Counted from the stretch's first letter, positions 22,085 through 33,244 are shown. The stretch is DNA of 34,311 bases from Octopus bimaculoides (GCF_001194135.2 NC_068994.1:29378076-29412386), one strand, 5' to 3'. Notes: a model not told the origin generated them from the sequence alone. Numbers and translations are program-made.

Positions 22085-23250
22085 CCACCGAGGAATTTCT
22101 TTCCTTGTCATCGCTGGTAAGATACTCTCAAGAGCTCACCTTATTCGCTTCACTCAGCGTAGGGAAGAAGGGAATCTGATAGAGAGTCAGTGTGGCTTCA
22201 GAGAGAGCAGTGGGACAGTCGACTTTGCTGCACGTCAACTTCAGGAAAAATGCCAGGAACAGAACAGGGACCTATAAATGTTTGCAGTCATAATCAACGC
22301 CTTTAACACCGTCAGACATGAGAAGTTGGGTAAGTTTGGCTGCCCGGATAAATTCATCAGCATGGTGAGACAGTTTCACGACGGCATGCTCGCTTGAGTA
22401 CTAGACCTTGGAGATACTTCCGATTCATTCGCAGTTACTGACGGAGCGTCAAGCAGTGTTGTGTACTCACACCTACGCTGTTCTAAACGATATTCTCAAT
22501 CGTGCTGTCGGATGCCTTCTGCAATGACAACGAATCTAACATTAAGATCAGATTCAGGACTGTAGCCTGTGCAGGCTATAGGCCAAGAAGAAGGTGGGAG
22601 AGAACTTCCTATTTGCGTGACTTCCTTTTTGCAGACGATTGCCCACTCAATACCACCACAGAGAAACAGGTGCAACGAAGAATGAACTGCTTTTCCGTTG
22701 TCTGAAACAACTTTGACCTCACAATCAGTACTCAGAAGACAGAGGTCATGCACCAACCCACCCCACAGAAGCTGGATGTGGAATCAACTATCACTGTCGA
22801 AGGGGAAATCCTGAAGATTGTTTGTAAGTTCTCGTACCTCGGCAGCACACACTGCAGATCTGTGAGGCTGGCCAGCAAGTTGAAAGTGTACCAAGCAGCT
22901 GTATTGCCTACGCTACGGTACGCCTGTGAAACTTGAACGGTTTACGAACGCCACGTGACAAAACTTCCACATGAACTGCCTGAGAAAGGTGTTGAAAATC
23001 ACCTGGTAAAACAAGGTCCTAGACACAAAGGTCCTCTCTCGAACTGATCTGCCAAGTGTTTACACACTGCTGAGAAGAGGTGAAAGTAAGGTGGGCAGGC
23101 CACCTTGTTCGAAAGCCTGACGAGCGACTCCCCAAGAGACAGAGAAAAACTGAAGGCTAGTCCACGCAAGGTGGATAGAAAAAGCGCTCTAGAGACACAC
23201 AAAAAAGCTCACTGAGGAGTTTTGCGATCAATCTTGACACCTCTGCTCCA
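22085..23250 (+). mobile_element. RTE-clade (BovB-like) LINE RT fragment, heavily decayed
   Basis: RGIS.LVIAGKIL...ESQCGFRES.GTVDFAARQLQEKCQEQNRDL; LRDFLFADDC (RT catalytic motif); QRRMNCFS; KFSYLGST; KLKVYQAAVLPTLRYACET. Confidence 0.88.
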
Positions 23251-23453
23251 AGATTCATTTTTCCAAAATTTAACGGTTTCACATTCTCCTGAAAAGTTAC
23301 AAATTATTTTATATAAACATACATACATACACATATATATACATGCACACATACATGCATGCACATACATACCCCCTCCCACACATACATACGCACGCGT
23401 GCACACGCACACGCACACACACATACACACACGCACGAAAACACACACACATA

Positions 23454-24277
23454 CGAAGGTGAACCCAAAAAATAACCGAAAACGTTCTCTAGAAGCCACC
23501 TGATACAACCCTCAGGCATCGGCGTCATGGAGTGTAGTTCTACTGCCACGTGGTGCTTCTTTACTTTGCAATGCTTCTCCCCTGTTCGCCGATTTTTGCG
23601 ATTGCTGAAACGAAGGACCAGCGTGCTTCCGTGAAATTCTGTTTTCTGCTGGGGTAAACGGCGGTCGAAACAGTTGTCATGCTTCTAACAGCTTACAAGG
23701 ACGCTGCCATAAATAAAACACAAAATTTACGAATGGTTTTCACGCTTTAGGGAGAATCACTTGTCGCTTGAAGACCAACCTCGTTCAGGGCGTCCTTCGA
23801 CCTCTTAAACGAATGAAGACATGAACTGAATCGAATGAAAATTCATGAACTAAACCTATAGGACCATCACCGGACAATTGACAAACTTGTTGATATGGCT
23901 GATGTGTCCTGGAGCTCCTGCCAACGAATTTTGAGCCAGGAATTGAGAATGAAAAGAGCTGAAACAAAATTTGGAAGATCAAAATGTGTGTCGTGAACTG
24001 AAAGAATCGTTGGAAGTTGAACCGGACCTTTTTTCGAAGGTCATCACTGGTGACGAAAGCTGGTGCTACGGTATTTTCAAGTGTGAAAGAGAAGAAAAAA
24101 CGACAGAGGCGTTAAAAGGCATCACTTTGCAAAAGTTCCAGCATTGTTTCGAATAGTGGGAAACGTGTCTGGCCTGATGCATTGCTTCAAATGGAGAATA
24201 CTTTGAAGGCGATAAGAGTGTAAACTAATGAATAAAATAATATTGCAAAATTCCAGATTCTTTTGGGTACACACTCG
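23454..24277 (+). mobile_element. Mariner (family B), internally deleted, both TIRs present
   Basis: Left end (TA)CGAAGGTGAACCCAAAA.. at 23452; right end ..TTTTGGGTACACACTCG(TA) ending 24279. ORF 23971-24156 has DLFSKVITGDESWCYG fused directly to the C-terminal LKGITLQKFQHCFE*W. Confidence 0.85.
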
Positions 24278-24283
24278 TAAATA

Positions 24284-25513
24284 TCAGGACATCCCATAAG
24301 TTCTGTCCGAATTTTTAATAAAGAAAACAAGTGATCAAATGTTATATTTAATTGAAATTTAATCATCAATGTACTTTCCCTGATTATCTATGACTTTTTT
24401 TTCCGTCTATTTGCAAGCTTTTTAATCCCATCACTGTAAAACTCATTTGATTTCAAAGCGAAGAACTCTGAAATGCATGTTTCGACCTCCTCCTGGCTTG
24501 NNNNNNNNNNNNNNNNNNNNNNNNNNNNNNNNNNNNNNNNNNNNNNNNNNNNNNNNNNNNNNNNNNNNNNNNNNNNNNNNNNNNNNNNNNNNNNNNNNNN
24601 NNNNNNNNNNNNNNNNNNNNNNNNNNNNNNNNNNNNNNNNNNNNNNNNNNNNNNNNNNNNNNNNNNNNNNNNNNNNNNNNNNNNNNNNNNNNNNNNNNNN
24701 NNNNNNNNNNNNNNNNNNNNNNNNNNNNNNNNNNNNNNNNNNNNNNNNNNNNNNNNNNNNNNNNNNNNNNNNNNNNNNNNNNAGTCTGAAGGAGCAAAGT
24801 AGGGAGAACAAGGTGGATGAAGAATTTTTCCCAACCAAGTTCATCGATCTCCTGTGACGTGATCTTTGCAGTGTGGGGTCGCGCATTGTCCTGATGAAAA
24901 TTCACTCCTTTTCGATTCACTAAAGCGGGTCTTTTTTTTCTTCAGAACTTGGTTCAAACGCTCTAATTGCTGACAGTAGACTTGAGCATTGATTGTTGCA
25001 TTAGGTGGTAACAATTCAAAGTGAATTACTCCTTTGCAATCCCACCAGATAGAGAGAAGAACCTTTTTTTCCATGAAGTTCCCTTCTCAGTTGTGGTTGA
25101 GCTTTTTCTCTTTTACCAAGTCACTGTTTACAACGTTTAACATTTCGATAGAAGATACATTTTTCGTCACCAGTCACAAGTCTATCCAAAAAGGGTGAAA
25201 TGAGTTCGTGAGAATGGAGAGAAGAGCAGATGTCAACTCGGGATTTGCGGTTGCTTTCGGACAATTCATGAGGCACGCATTTTCCAAGTTTAGGAACCTT
25301 TCCAAATTGTTGAAGATGACGATGAACAGTTGTATGGTTTGAACTAAGCTTTACTGCTAATTCTTCAACTGATAATGCAGGATTTTCTTCAAGTAATGCC
25401 TCAGGGAGCTTATCATCAAACTCAACTAGACGTCCTGTTCGATCTTCATCTTCAAGTCTGAAATCTCCACTTCTGAATTTTGCAAACCATCTTCTGCAAG
25501 TTCTTTCATTCAA
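24284..25513 (-). mobile_element. Mariner (family A, DD34D), second copy; left end lost in gap
   Basis: Right TIR TCAGGACATCCCATAAGTTCTGTCCGA at 24284 after TA. ORFs: RTCRRWFAKFRSGDFRLEDEDRTGR, KVPKLGKCVPHELSE, LVTGDEKCIFY, KVLLSIWWDCKGVIHFELLP, FHQDNARPH. Homologous to 12183-13392. Confidence 0.92.
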
Positions 25514-26182
25514 NNNNNNNNNNNNNNNNNNNNNNNNNNNNNNNNNNNNNNNNNNNNNNNNNNNNNNNNNNNNNNNNNNNNNNNNNNNNNNNNNNNNNNN
25601 NNNNNNNNNNNNNNNNNNNNNNNNNNNNNNNNNNNNNNNNNNNNNNNNNNNNNNNNNNNNNNNNNNNNNNNNNNNNNNNNNNNNNNNNNNNNNNNNNNNN
25701 NNNNNNNNNNNNNNNNNNNNNNNNNNNNNNNNNNNNNNNNNNNNNNNNNNNNNNNNNNNNNNNNNNNNNNATACATACATACATACATACATACATACAT
25801 ACATAAACACAGAGTCATGCATACATGCACAAATACATATATACTGTACATGAAGCTTTGAGTGTGTCCTTTTTTTTCATTGGTAATGCTTTTCTATGTA
25901 TATAAAGAGATGTGAACGTTTTCCCAAATAAATGTTAGAAGCTCCCATGATGCTATAGGGGGATTCACAAGATCTCAACTATGAGTGCATTGCACCTAAT
26001 AGCAGAAACAGCTGCAAGCTAATAAAGTCCATATCATAATTGTTTATTTCATTTGTTATCCCAGTTACTTATTTACTGCCTTGTACTCGACTGACACTTC
26101 GTACTAAAGTATATGTATATGGAGAATAACACCAGGTTACTAGCGTCGCAATATCTAAGCGAAATAGAGATGTGTGTGTGTT

Positions 26183-26216
<34 letters not shown>

Positions 26217-26674
26217 TGTGTGTGTGCATATACACATGATATACAAATGTATATACATGCATATCTATATTCTCTATATTCATATAGATATACCTCCATG
26301 TGTATTTGTCTGTACGTATAAATGTGTGTTTATGCGAGCGCGTATGTCTCAATGTATATTTATAAGAATCACATGTTTGAGAATCACTTGTTTGAGAATT
26401 TGAGACTGACCGAGATATCGGTTCGTCCTGATAATAAAAGCACATATATGCGCGCGCATGCATACACACATATACACGCAAATACACTTGCGCGCACACA
26501 CGCACCCCCCACACATAACTGTATGTCTTCTCTCGACTTTTTAAACGTGTATAAGTAGTCAATAACTCAAAACTCTACACACTTGTTAAGAATCTGTAAG
26601 TCTTGTTTTCTTTTACCTCTTTATACATACATACATACATACATACATACATAATTTCATAACATACATCACAG

Positions 26675-26887
26675 GATTTAGGCAGAGTTCTGGTTTAAGC
26701 ATCCCATATAACTCTCACATGAATTTTTAAATTTTTGGAATTTTTTTTGTTTTGGTTGTTTGTATAATCATATGAATTCTCATGTGTAGAACACAAATTG
26801 GTAAAAGTTTTATGAAAATCCAAAAAAATAATAAAAAAGTTATGAGGGTTATATGAGGTGCTGAAACAAGAATTCCGCCAAGATTTA
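26675..26887. mobile_element. Short MITE-like inverted-repeat element
   Basis: Left arm ..GTTCTGGTTTAAGCATCCCATATAACTCTCAC..TTTTTGGAATTT (about 26675-26745) is the imperfect reverse complement of AAATCCAAAAAA..TTATGAGGGTTATATGAGGTGCTGAAACAAGAAT (about 26816-26887). Confidence 0.65.
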
Positions 26888-27114
26888 ATTTCGAGCTACT
26901 ATTAATTTCAGCCTCTGATAATACTATCGTGGGACATGTTTATATAGAGCGCCGTCTATTTTCGGGCAATTATTCAGACTGAAAGCCCCACCTTTCAATC
27001 TTATGTATATTTAATTTATACATACATACATACATACATACATACATACAAACATACATACATGCACATACTATATCATATTACATTATATTATATGTTT
27101 GTGTACATATATAT

Positions 27115-27295
27115 AGATTTCTCTCCCCGTTTTTTCGTTCTCTCTCCATTTTTTCCCCTCTCATCCCTTTCTGTTGAAGAGCGTTGGCTCGAAACGTCAA
27201 AGATTTTTCCATTCTTCCCAAACGTCAAACTAATACAGCTACTTGTTGTTCCCTCGTCAGTCTTCGCCTTTTGTTTTCTGTAAATTTAAACTATA
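27115..27295 (+). mobile_element. Penelope-type terminal repeat fragment carrying a hammerhead-like motif
   Basis: Homologous to 33525-33690 (CTTTCTGTTGAAGAGCGT..GCTCGAAACGTCAAAGA.TTT.C...CGTCA.ACTAATA..); both end in (TA)n. The PLE assignment is inferred from the ribozyme-like motif. Confidence 0.6.
27167..27202 (+). ncRNA. Minimal type-I hammerhead-ribozyme-like motif (variant core CUGUUGA)
   Basis: CTTT | CTGTTGA | A | GAGC-GTTG-GCTC | GAAA | CGTC | AAAG: helix I, helix II, GAAA and a GUC triplet are present. Helix III is the loop-less palindrome ACGU. A6 is replaced by U. Confidence 0.5.
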
Positions 27296-27306
27296 TATAT
27301 TCAATA

Positions 27307-27341
<35 letters not shown>

Positions 27342-27343
<2 letters not shown>

Positions 27344-27550
27344 TGTTCGGGTTAGATTTGACAGTTTGAATAAAAGGAAAAGAAAACACATCTTATTCAA
27401 AAGTAAAAGTATTTTAATTTATCAAAAAATATCAACTAGATTATGGCTGGGAGATATGTTTCCACACGGCTCCGGAACTTGGTGTATCCATCCTTCATTG
27501 TGTTCCTGGGAAAATCTTCGAACATCTCTTTGATCTTGGTCACCTGTTCC
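27342..27550 (-). mobile_element. maT-type element 3' end fragment (same TIR family as 21385-21990)
   Basis: GGTGTTCGGGTTAGATTTGA at 27342 matches the TIR at 21990; the minus strand encodes TKIKEMFEDFPRNTMKDGYTKFRSRVE (maT C-terminus). Confidence 0.7.
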
Positions 27551-27683
27551 GACATGTATTAATGTTTTTCATGGAATGATGATGCACCCAAGGGTGATGA
27601 ATTCTGGGGTTTAAGCAAAAAAGACTTTTTGTACTTTAAATTCTTACACCCAAGTGCGCGTCTGTGTGTGTTTGTGTGTGTTA

Positions 27684-27738
<55 letters not shown>

Positions 27739-27747
27739 CCACACGCA

Positions 27748-28830
27748 CTAATTCAAGCAGCTATGGACTTCTTTTGGATTCCAGAAGATGTTCAACGAAT
27801 GTTCATGTGTTACTACGATAAATTGAGGATGTGATTTACAACAGGAAAGTTCACAACGGAGTGGCAACGGCTTGAAGTAGGTATTGCAGCTGGATGCATA
27901 ATATTAGTCATCTTAATTGTGCTAGTCATGGAGATGTTACTAAGATCAACAAACTGAGAAATCTGTTACAAAGACACCATTAAGGGCTTTTATGGATGAC
28001 GTTTCTGTATCACCAGAAAGTAGAGAAGCAGCAAATGGAACGTTAGAGCGGTTGGATGAACTGATAGGATGGGCAAGAATGAAATTCAAAGCCAAAAAAT
28101 CTCGAAGCGTAGCTGTCGTGAAAGGAGTCCAAAAAGAAGTAAAATTCAGGATAGGACGTGAAGATATATCAACAGTGAAAGAACAAACAATAAAGAGTCT
28201 TGGCAGATGGTAAAGAGATTTACTAAATGATAAAAAGCAAAGTAAAGAAAAACACGATTTAGTGGAACAGGGACTTAAAGGCAATTGAAAGAACAACATT
28301 ACCGGGGAAATTCAAATGCTGGATACTGCAATTTGGACCACACCTAAGAATAATGTGGTCATTGCAAATGTACTCGAATAGAGTAGAAAGGGTGGAACAA
28401 AGAAGCAGTCTGTTTATCAGAAAATGGCTTGGTCTTTCAAAACCACTGAATACAACTGTACTATATGGAAAACCCGTGCTGCAACTACCCATAACATCAA
28501 TCGCCGAAGAATATAAGGCAGGAAAGGCGAGGACAGTAACGATGCAAAGGTATTCGAAAGATCAGAACATCCGAGAAAACACTCCAAAGGTATGAACAGG
28601 GAGGAAATGGAAAGCGGAAGAGGCAGTAAGCAGGACGATCAGAAAGCTAAGGCATGCCGATATAGTCGGAGCGACGCAAGAAGCAAGATCCGGTCTAGGC
28701 TTTCGCAATTTCAAGCCATTTTGCGTGAGTAGTGTAAAAGTGATGAAAGAGGCAGTGGTACACGAAGGGGGAAAGGAGGAAGAAGAAAGGTGAAATGTAC
28801 ATTTGGTGCAATGTAGTCAATAGCGACAGT
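27748..28830 (+). mobile_element. HERO-like RLE non-LTR retrotransposon RT fragment
   Basis: AMDFFWIP...FTTGKFTTEWQRLEVGIAAGC; PLRAFMDDV (RT catalytic); LERLDELIGWARMKFKAKKSRS..VVKG; IKSLGRW; MWSLQMY...RKWLGL...LYGK..LQLPITSIAEEYKAGKAR. The pattern matches my recollection of the HERO clade. Confidence 0.75.
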
Positions 28831-28887
28831 GCCTGAGATGGGAGGAATATGTGGTCAGTCACAGAATCTCATGGAAGGAACTTTGGG

Positions 28888-29033
28888 TTATTTACATTTG
28901 ACGGATATTTGTCCTCATCTTGTTTGTTGTTCACACAGCGTTTCGGCTGATATACCCTCCAGCCTTCATCAGGTGTCTTGGGGAAATTTTGAACCTGGGT
29001 TTTCATTCCTAAGTTATTTTTCGATGTTGTTGT

Positions 29034-29034
<1 letters not shown>
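28888..29034 (-). mobile_element. Penelope-type terminal repeat fragment containing a hammerhead motif
   Basis: Non-coding segment bearing a canonical CTGATGA...GAAA core on the minus strand; abuts (AAT)n 29035-29084. Confidence 0.6.
28933..28976 (-). ncRNA. Minimal type-I hammerhead ribozyme motif, probably inactive in this copy
   Basis: Minus strand ACAC | CTGATGA | A | GGCTG-GAGGGTATAT-CAGCC | GAAA | CGCT | GTGT: canonical core, perfect 5-bp helix II and 4-bp helix I. The position expected to be U16.1 is C (plus-strand 28938). Confidence 0.6.
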
Positions 29035-29084
<50 letters not shown>

Positions 29085-29989
29085 NNNNNNNNNNNNNNNN
29101 NNNNNNNNNNNNNNNNNNNNNNNNNNNNNNNNNNNNNNNNNNNNNNNNNNNNNNNNNNNNNNNNNNNNNNNNNNNNNNNNNNNNNNNNNNNNNNNNNNNN
29201 NNNNNNNNNNNNNNNNNNNNNNNNNNNNNNNNNNNNNNNNNNNNNNNNNNNNNNNNNNNNNNNNNNNNNNNNNNNNNNNNNNNNNNNNNNNNNNNNNNNN
29301 NNNNNNNNNNNNNNNNNNNNNNNNNNNNNNNNNNNNNNNNNNNNNNNNNNNNNNNNNNNNNNNNNNNNNNNNNNNNNNNNNNNNNNNNNNNNNNNNNNNN
29401 NNNNNNNNNNNNNNNNNNNNNNNNNNNNNNNNNNNNNNNNNNNNNNNNNNNNNNNNNNNNNNNNNNNNNNNNNNNNNNNNNNNNNNNNNNNNNNNNNNNN
29501 NNNNNNNNNNNNNNNNNNNNNNNNNNNNNNNNNNNNNNNNNNNNNNNNNNNNNNNNNNNNNNNNNNNNNNNNNNNNNNNNNNNNNNNNNNNNNNNNNNNN
29601 NNNNNNNNNNNNNNNNNNNNNNNNNNNNNNNNNNNNNNNNNNNNNNNNNNNNNNNNNNNNNNNNNNNNNNNNNNNNNNNNNNNNNNNNNNNNNNNNNNNN
29701 NNNNNNNNNNNNNNNNNNNNNNNNNNNNNNNNNNNNNNNNNNNNNNNNNNNNNNNNNNNNNNNNNNNNNNNNNNNNNNNNNNNNNNNNNNNNNNNNNNNN
29801 NNNNNNNNNNNNNNNNNNNNNNNNNNNNNNNNNNNNNNNNNNNNNNNNNNNNNNNNNNNNNNNNNNNNNNNNNNNNNNNNNNNNNNNNNNNNNNNNNNNN
29901 NNNNNNNNNNNNNNNNNNNNNNNNNNNNNNNNNNNNNNNNNNNNNNNNNNNNNNNNNNNNNNNNNNNNNNNNNNNNNNNNNNNNNNNNN

Positions 29990-30900
29990 GTCCTACACGT
30001 GACAGCAGGTGTTCGACATAAACTCACAGGTCAGCAATACTCGGACAATGGTCGAGTGCGTGCAGAACAGTTTGGGCGCTCTGCGCGCACCTCGGAGAGA
30101 CTCGGCTGGCGGCACTTCCATGACGACACTCGAGGTACCAAGTGCCCCGCCTAGGTCTTCGCATAATACAGAAAAGGGGCACGAAAGCCTGCGGGTCGGA
30201 AAGTCTGGTTCCGCTAATGGCTGCTACCAGACTTTCCGACCCGCAGGCTTTTTATATTCACACATTTGTAAATGAGTGTTTTCTTATTAGCATCCCGTAG
30301 TAATTCATTTGGGGTATTTAGAGAGACATTGTTTCCACTTCTTACCAATAACCCCTTTGAGCCTTTAATATCTTCCATTGTGAAATTGAACCTTTCTTTA
30401 ATTTGCTTCGCCGCCTAAACGAAACCGCAAACGCTTGGCTTGTTGCGGTTGTTGTTCGTGTTTGTGGTGACAGCGTCAGTGTTTGCAGATTAGTTCTCAT
30501 TCGAGTTTGATTTTTCTGTTTCTGTCGTTGGTGTTACTAGTGGTGGTGGCGTTGGAGGAGCTTTGGTAGAGTTTATTTCTGTGTTGAGTGTGTTGCTATA
30601 GTTGATGGTGGCAGTGGTGGTACTGCTCAATGGAGGACAGTCAACAGAGTACCGGCTGGTAGAAGAGCCACTGCCACTCTCTTCGACTTGGGAAGCCATA
30701 TTGCTTTTGTGAAAAATAAATCCTTTCAAGGATTTAAAAAGATGTCCAAAATTCGCTCTTGAAAGGGCGAATTTTTACACCAAACCCCCTCTGGTGCACA
30801 AACAATGTTTTAAAAACACAACAGTTCAATAAAATAGGTAACAAAACTTCAGAAAACATCAATAATCAACAACATCTTACGAGCTCAAAACAACACGTCC
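29990..30900 (-). mobile_element. Tx1/L1-like LINE, copy 1: 5' UTR, ORF1 N-terminus, EN stub and C-terminal zinc knuckle (large internal deletions)
   Basis: ORF1 start MASQVEESGSG.. (30490-30729) and AAKQIKERFNFTMEDI; AAISGTRLSDPQAFVPLF (APE motif) joined to PRCAQSAQTVLHALDHCPSI (CCHC knuckle). Nucleotide homology to copy 2 at 30184/31434, 30400/31805 and 30690/32020. Confidence 0.78.
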
Positions 30901-32110
30901 AGGAATTTTGAAGAATTTTTGAAACAAACAAAAAAAAAAGGGGTTGTATATGGGTCCTTTCACACTAACCATTTTTCCAATATTTACCCACCTTTCAACA
31001 AACTTGCTAGAAGACAACACTTCCCTCTCAACCCTCACTTTCCTTTTCAATTGAAACTTGGAAAAGTTTATGAGGGCTTGGCTAAAGAGGAAAGAGTTTG
31101 ACTTTAGCCCTTTCAAACGTGTCTACCACGCAATCCAAACGTCTATCTAAGACAGCATTCCAATCCCCTACTAACACTATAGTTGTTCGAGACGTTCCCA
31201 GGAAAACCTCCAGACGCTTGAAGTAATCCGGCTGCCATGCATAGGCAGCCACCAGTCTGAAGGCACCGTCTTCACCGCTATTCACATCAAGGACCACCAA
31301 TTTACCTTTTGGATCCAGCAAGATTACCGTTATTTTCAAACCCAGACCTTTACGGAAAAGCACCGAAGTACCACCACCACCTCCCGGCCGACACGGATGT
31401 AAATATATCACGTATCCACCGAAAAGGAGCATGAAGGCCTGTGGGTCGGAAAGTCTGGTTTCGCTATACCAGCCAGTATATATTTATTTCTGGGGGAACC
31501 TCCCCAATTTCTATTTTTGTTACTCGCCGGTACGAGTAAAATATCTTGATCTTTTAGTGGCACTGTGGAAGGGTGCCTTGCTTCTTGCTCGGTTGTGAAA
31601 TGCACCTACACAATGCCGAAACGTTTCCCTCAAGTTGCTCTTGTGTTGCTTGTTCTATTCTTTTTTGTGTGTGTTTACGTATTTGTAAATGAGTTTTTTT
31701 TGTTTGTTTGTGTTTCTAATTATATCATTTGGTGTATCTATTGCTACATTCTTCCCGTTTTTCCATTGCTACATTGTTTCCATTGTGACATTTAGGTTTT
31801 CCTTAATTTGCCTCGCTGCCGAGGTGGAACCGTTGACATGGCTTCTTGTTGTTGTTCGTGTTTGTGGTGGTGGTGGCATTGTCAATGTAATTCTCTTCTG
31901 CTTTCTTTCTTCTTTCCCCTCTTCTTCCTTTTCTTGTGCAGGAATAATAGTGGTGGTGAGGGCAGTAGTGGTGGTGAGGGTGGTGAGTCTTCACTCAGTC
32001 GCCATTGTTTTTTCTTTTTTTCGAAAGTTTTCGAAAAAAATGCGTGTGTTCAGCTCTCAAAAGGGGCCCTTTCTCGACAAAAGCAGAAACACTAATACTA
32101 CCCAGCAAAA
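30901..32110 (-). mobile_element. Tx1/L1-like LINE, copy 2: 5' UTR, partial ORF1, APE endonuclease, ORF2 extreme C-terminus and 3' UTR (RT deleted)
   Basis: ORF1 remnant KIEIGEVPPEINIYWLV; SETRLSDPQAF plus ORF 31082-31432 (GGGTSVLFRKG...GKLVVLDV...FRLVAAYA...VLVGDWNAVLD, an APE endonuclease); joined to QALINFSKFQLKRKVRVEREVLSSSKFVERWVN (ORF 30877-31116). Confidence 0.82.
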
Positions 32111-32226
32111 CACATGAAAAATAACTAAAAAAAAATCTGGAATATCTACAATTTCCTGAGAATATTTTAAATTTCTTTTAAAATAAGTTTGAAAACTTAC
32201 ATATCAGTTTTCTTTGGCCGAGCACA

Positions 32227-32442
32227 CAAACGAGCATCTTTAAAAACTTTAATATCTACAACTTCATGTGAATATTTATCCTTTCCTTTCTCCCTGAGTA
32301 TTCGAAAATGTAAACATCCTTTTTATTGCAAACGATCATCTTTAGAAAATTTTGAAACTTTAATATCTACAATTTTCTGTGAAAATTTTATCCTTCTTTT
32401 CTCCCTGACTACTCGAATATGTAAACATACCTTTTATTGCAA
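32227..32442. repeat. Imperfect tandem duplication of about 100-110 bp
   Basis: CAAACGA.CATCTTTA...AAACTTTAATATCTACAA...CTCCCTGA.TA.TCGAA.ATGTAAACAT.C.TTTTATTGCAA occurs at 32227 and 32329; a partial third copy lies at about 32140. Confidence 0.8.
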
Positions 32443-33244
32443 CAACACTATTAAACGTACGATAAAACTTAAGGAGATTAGCAATTGCCAATATATACAA
32501 ACTGCACAATTACGAAAACTCTAAACCACAGCAAAACCCATAAAAATAAAAGAAAAATTCAACGATGTCAACATTATTAATTTTTTTTTCTATCAGTAAT
32601 TAAAACAGAACAAGGTGAGTTGGTTATTTGCAAGGCCAAGATCATCGATCTCATTGATCGCTAGTAGTAGTAAACACATTTAACCTCTGCTGATCGCAAG
32701 GGTGTGATGCTTCTTGTGTTTCCTGATCGCACAGGAACGCGAAGCCCCATTGTTGATCACCTTCTCATCCTCTGCCGAACCTATTTACAGACTTGTAGAG
32801 TTTGGTCTATTCACCAGGCTGCTTCTCTTTCTCCTACTATCCCCTCCAACCCTCACATATTTATGATTATCTCAAGTACAAGACAGAAGTCGAAACTAAG
32901 CAAAATCTAAGAATACTACACAGTAGTAGGAGCAAAGATGGCAGACTTAAATAAACAACGGTTATACTGTCACCATGGTTGGAAAGGTTAGCCACAACCA
33001 TGCAAATCAAGGCATTATTAGTGGCAACTAACAATAACCAATGCTGTAATGGCAAGGTTAAAGTAACTGTAATGATATTAATGGCGGAGTTGTGGCAGAG
33101 ACAGCAACCGTCTCTACACCTACGCCGTCATTCACTGGCACAAACTCTTCTCTGAATTCGAATCTGGGTGGTCGGTTGAACGGGAACTGCCCCAACTCGA
33201 GCTCTCCAAATTCACTACCACACTGAAAGAAAAATGTAAAAGGA

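Noticed and set aside
32704-33230. Short ORFs and coding-like S/T/N-rich sequence, including IVDHLLILC, which resembles a LINE zinc-knuckle tail
   Set aside because: The upstream C-x2-C is absent, frames are short and interrupted, and no family can be supported without a search.
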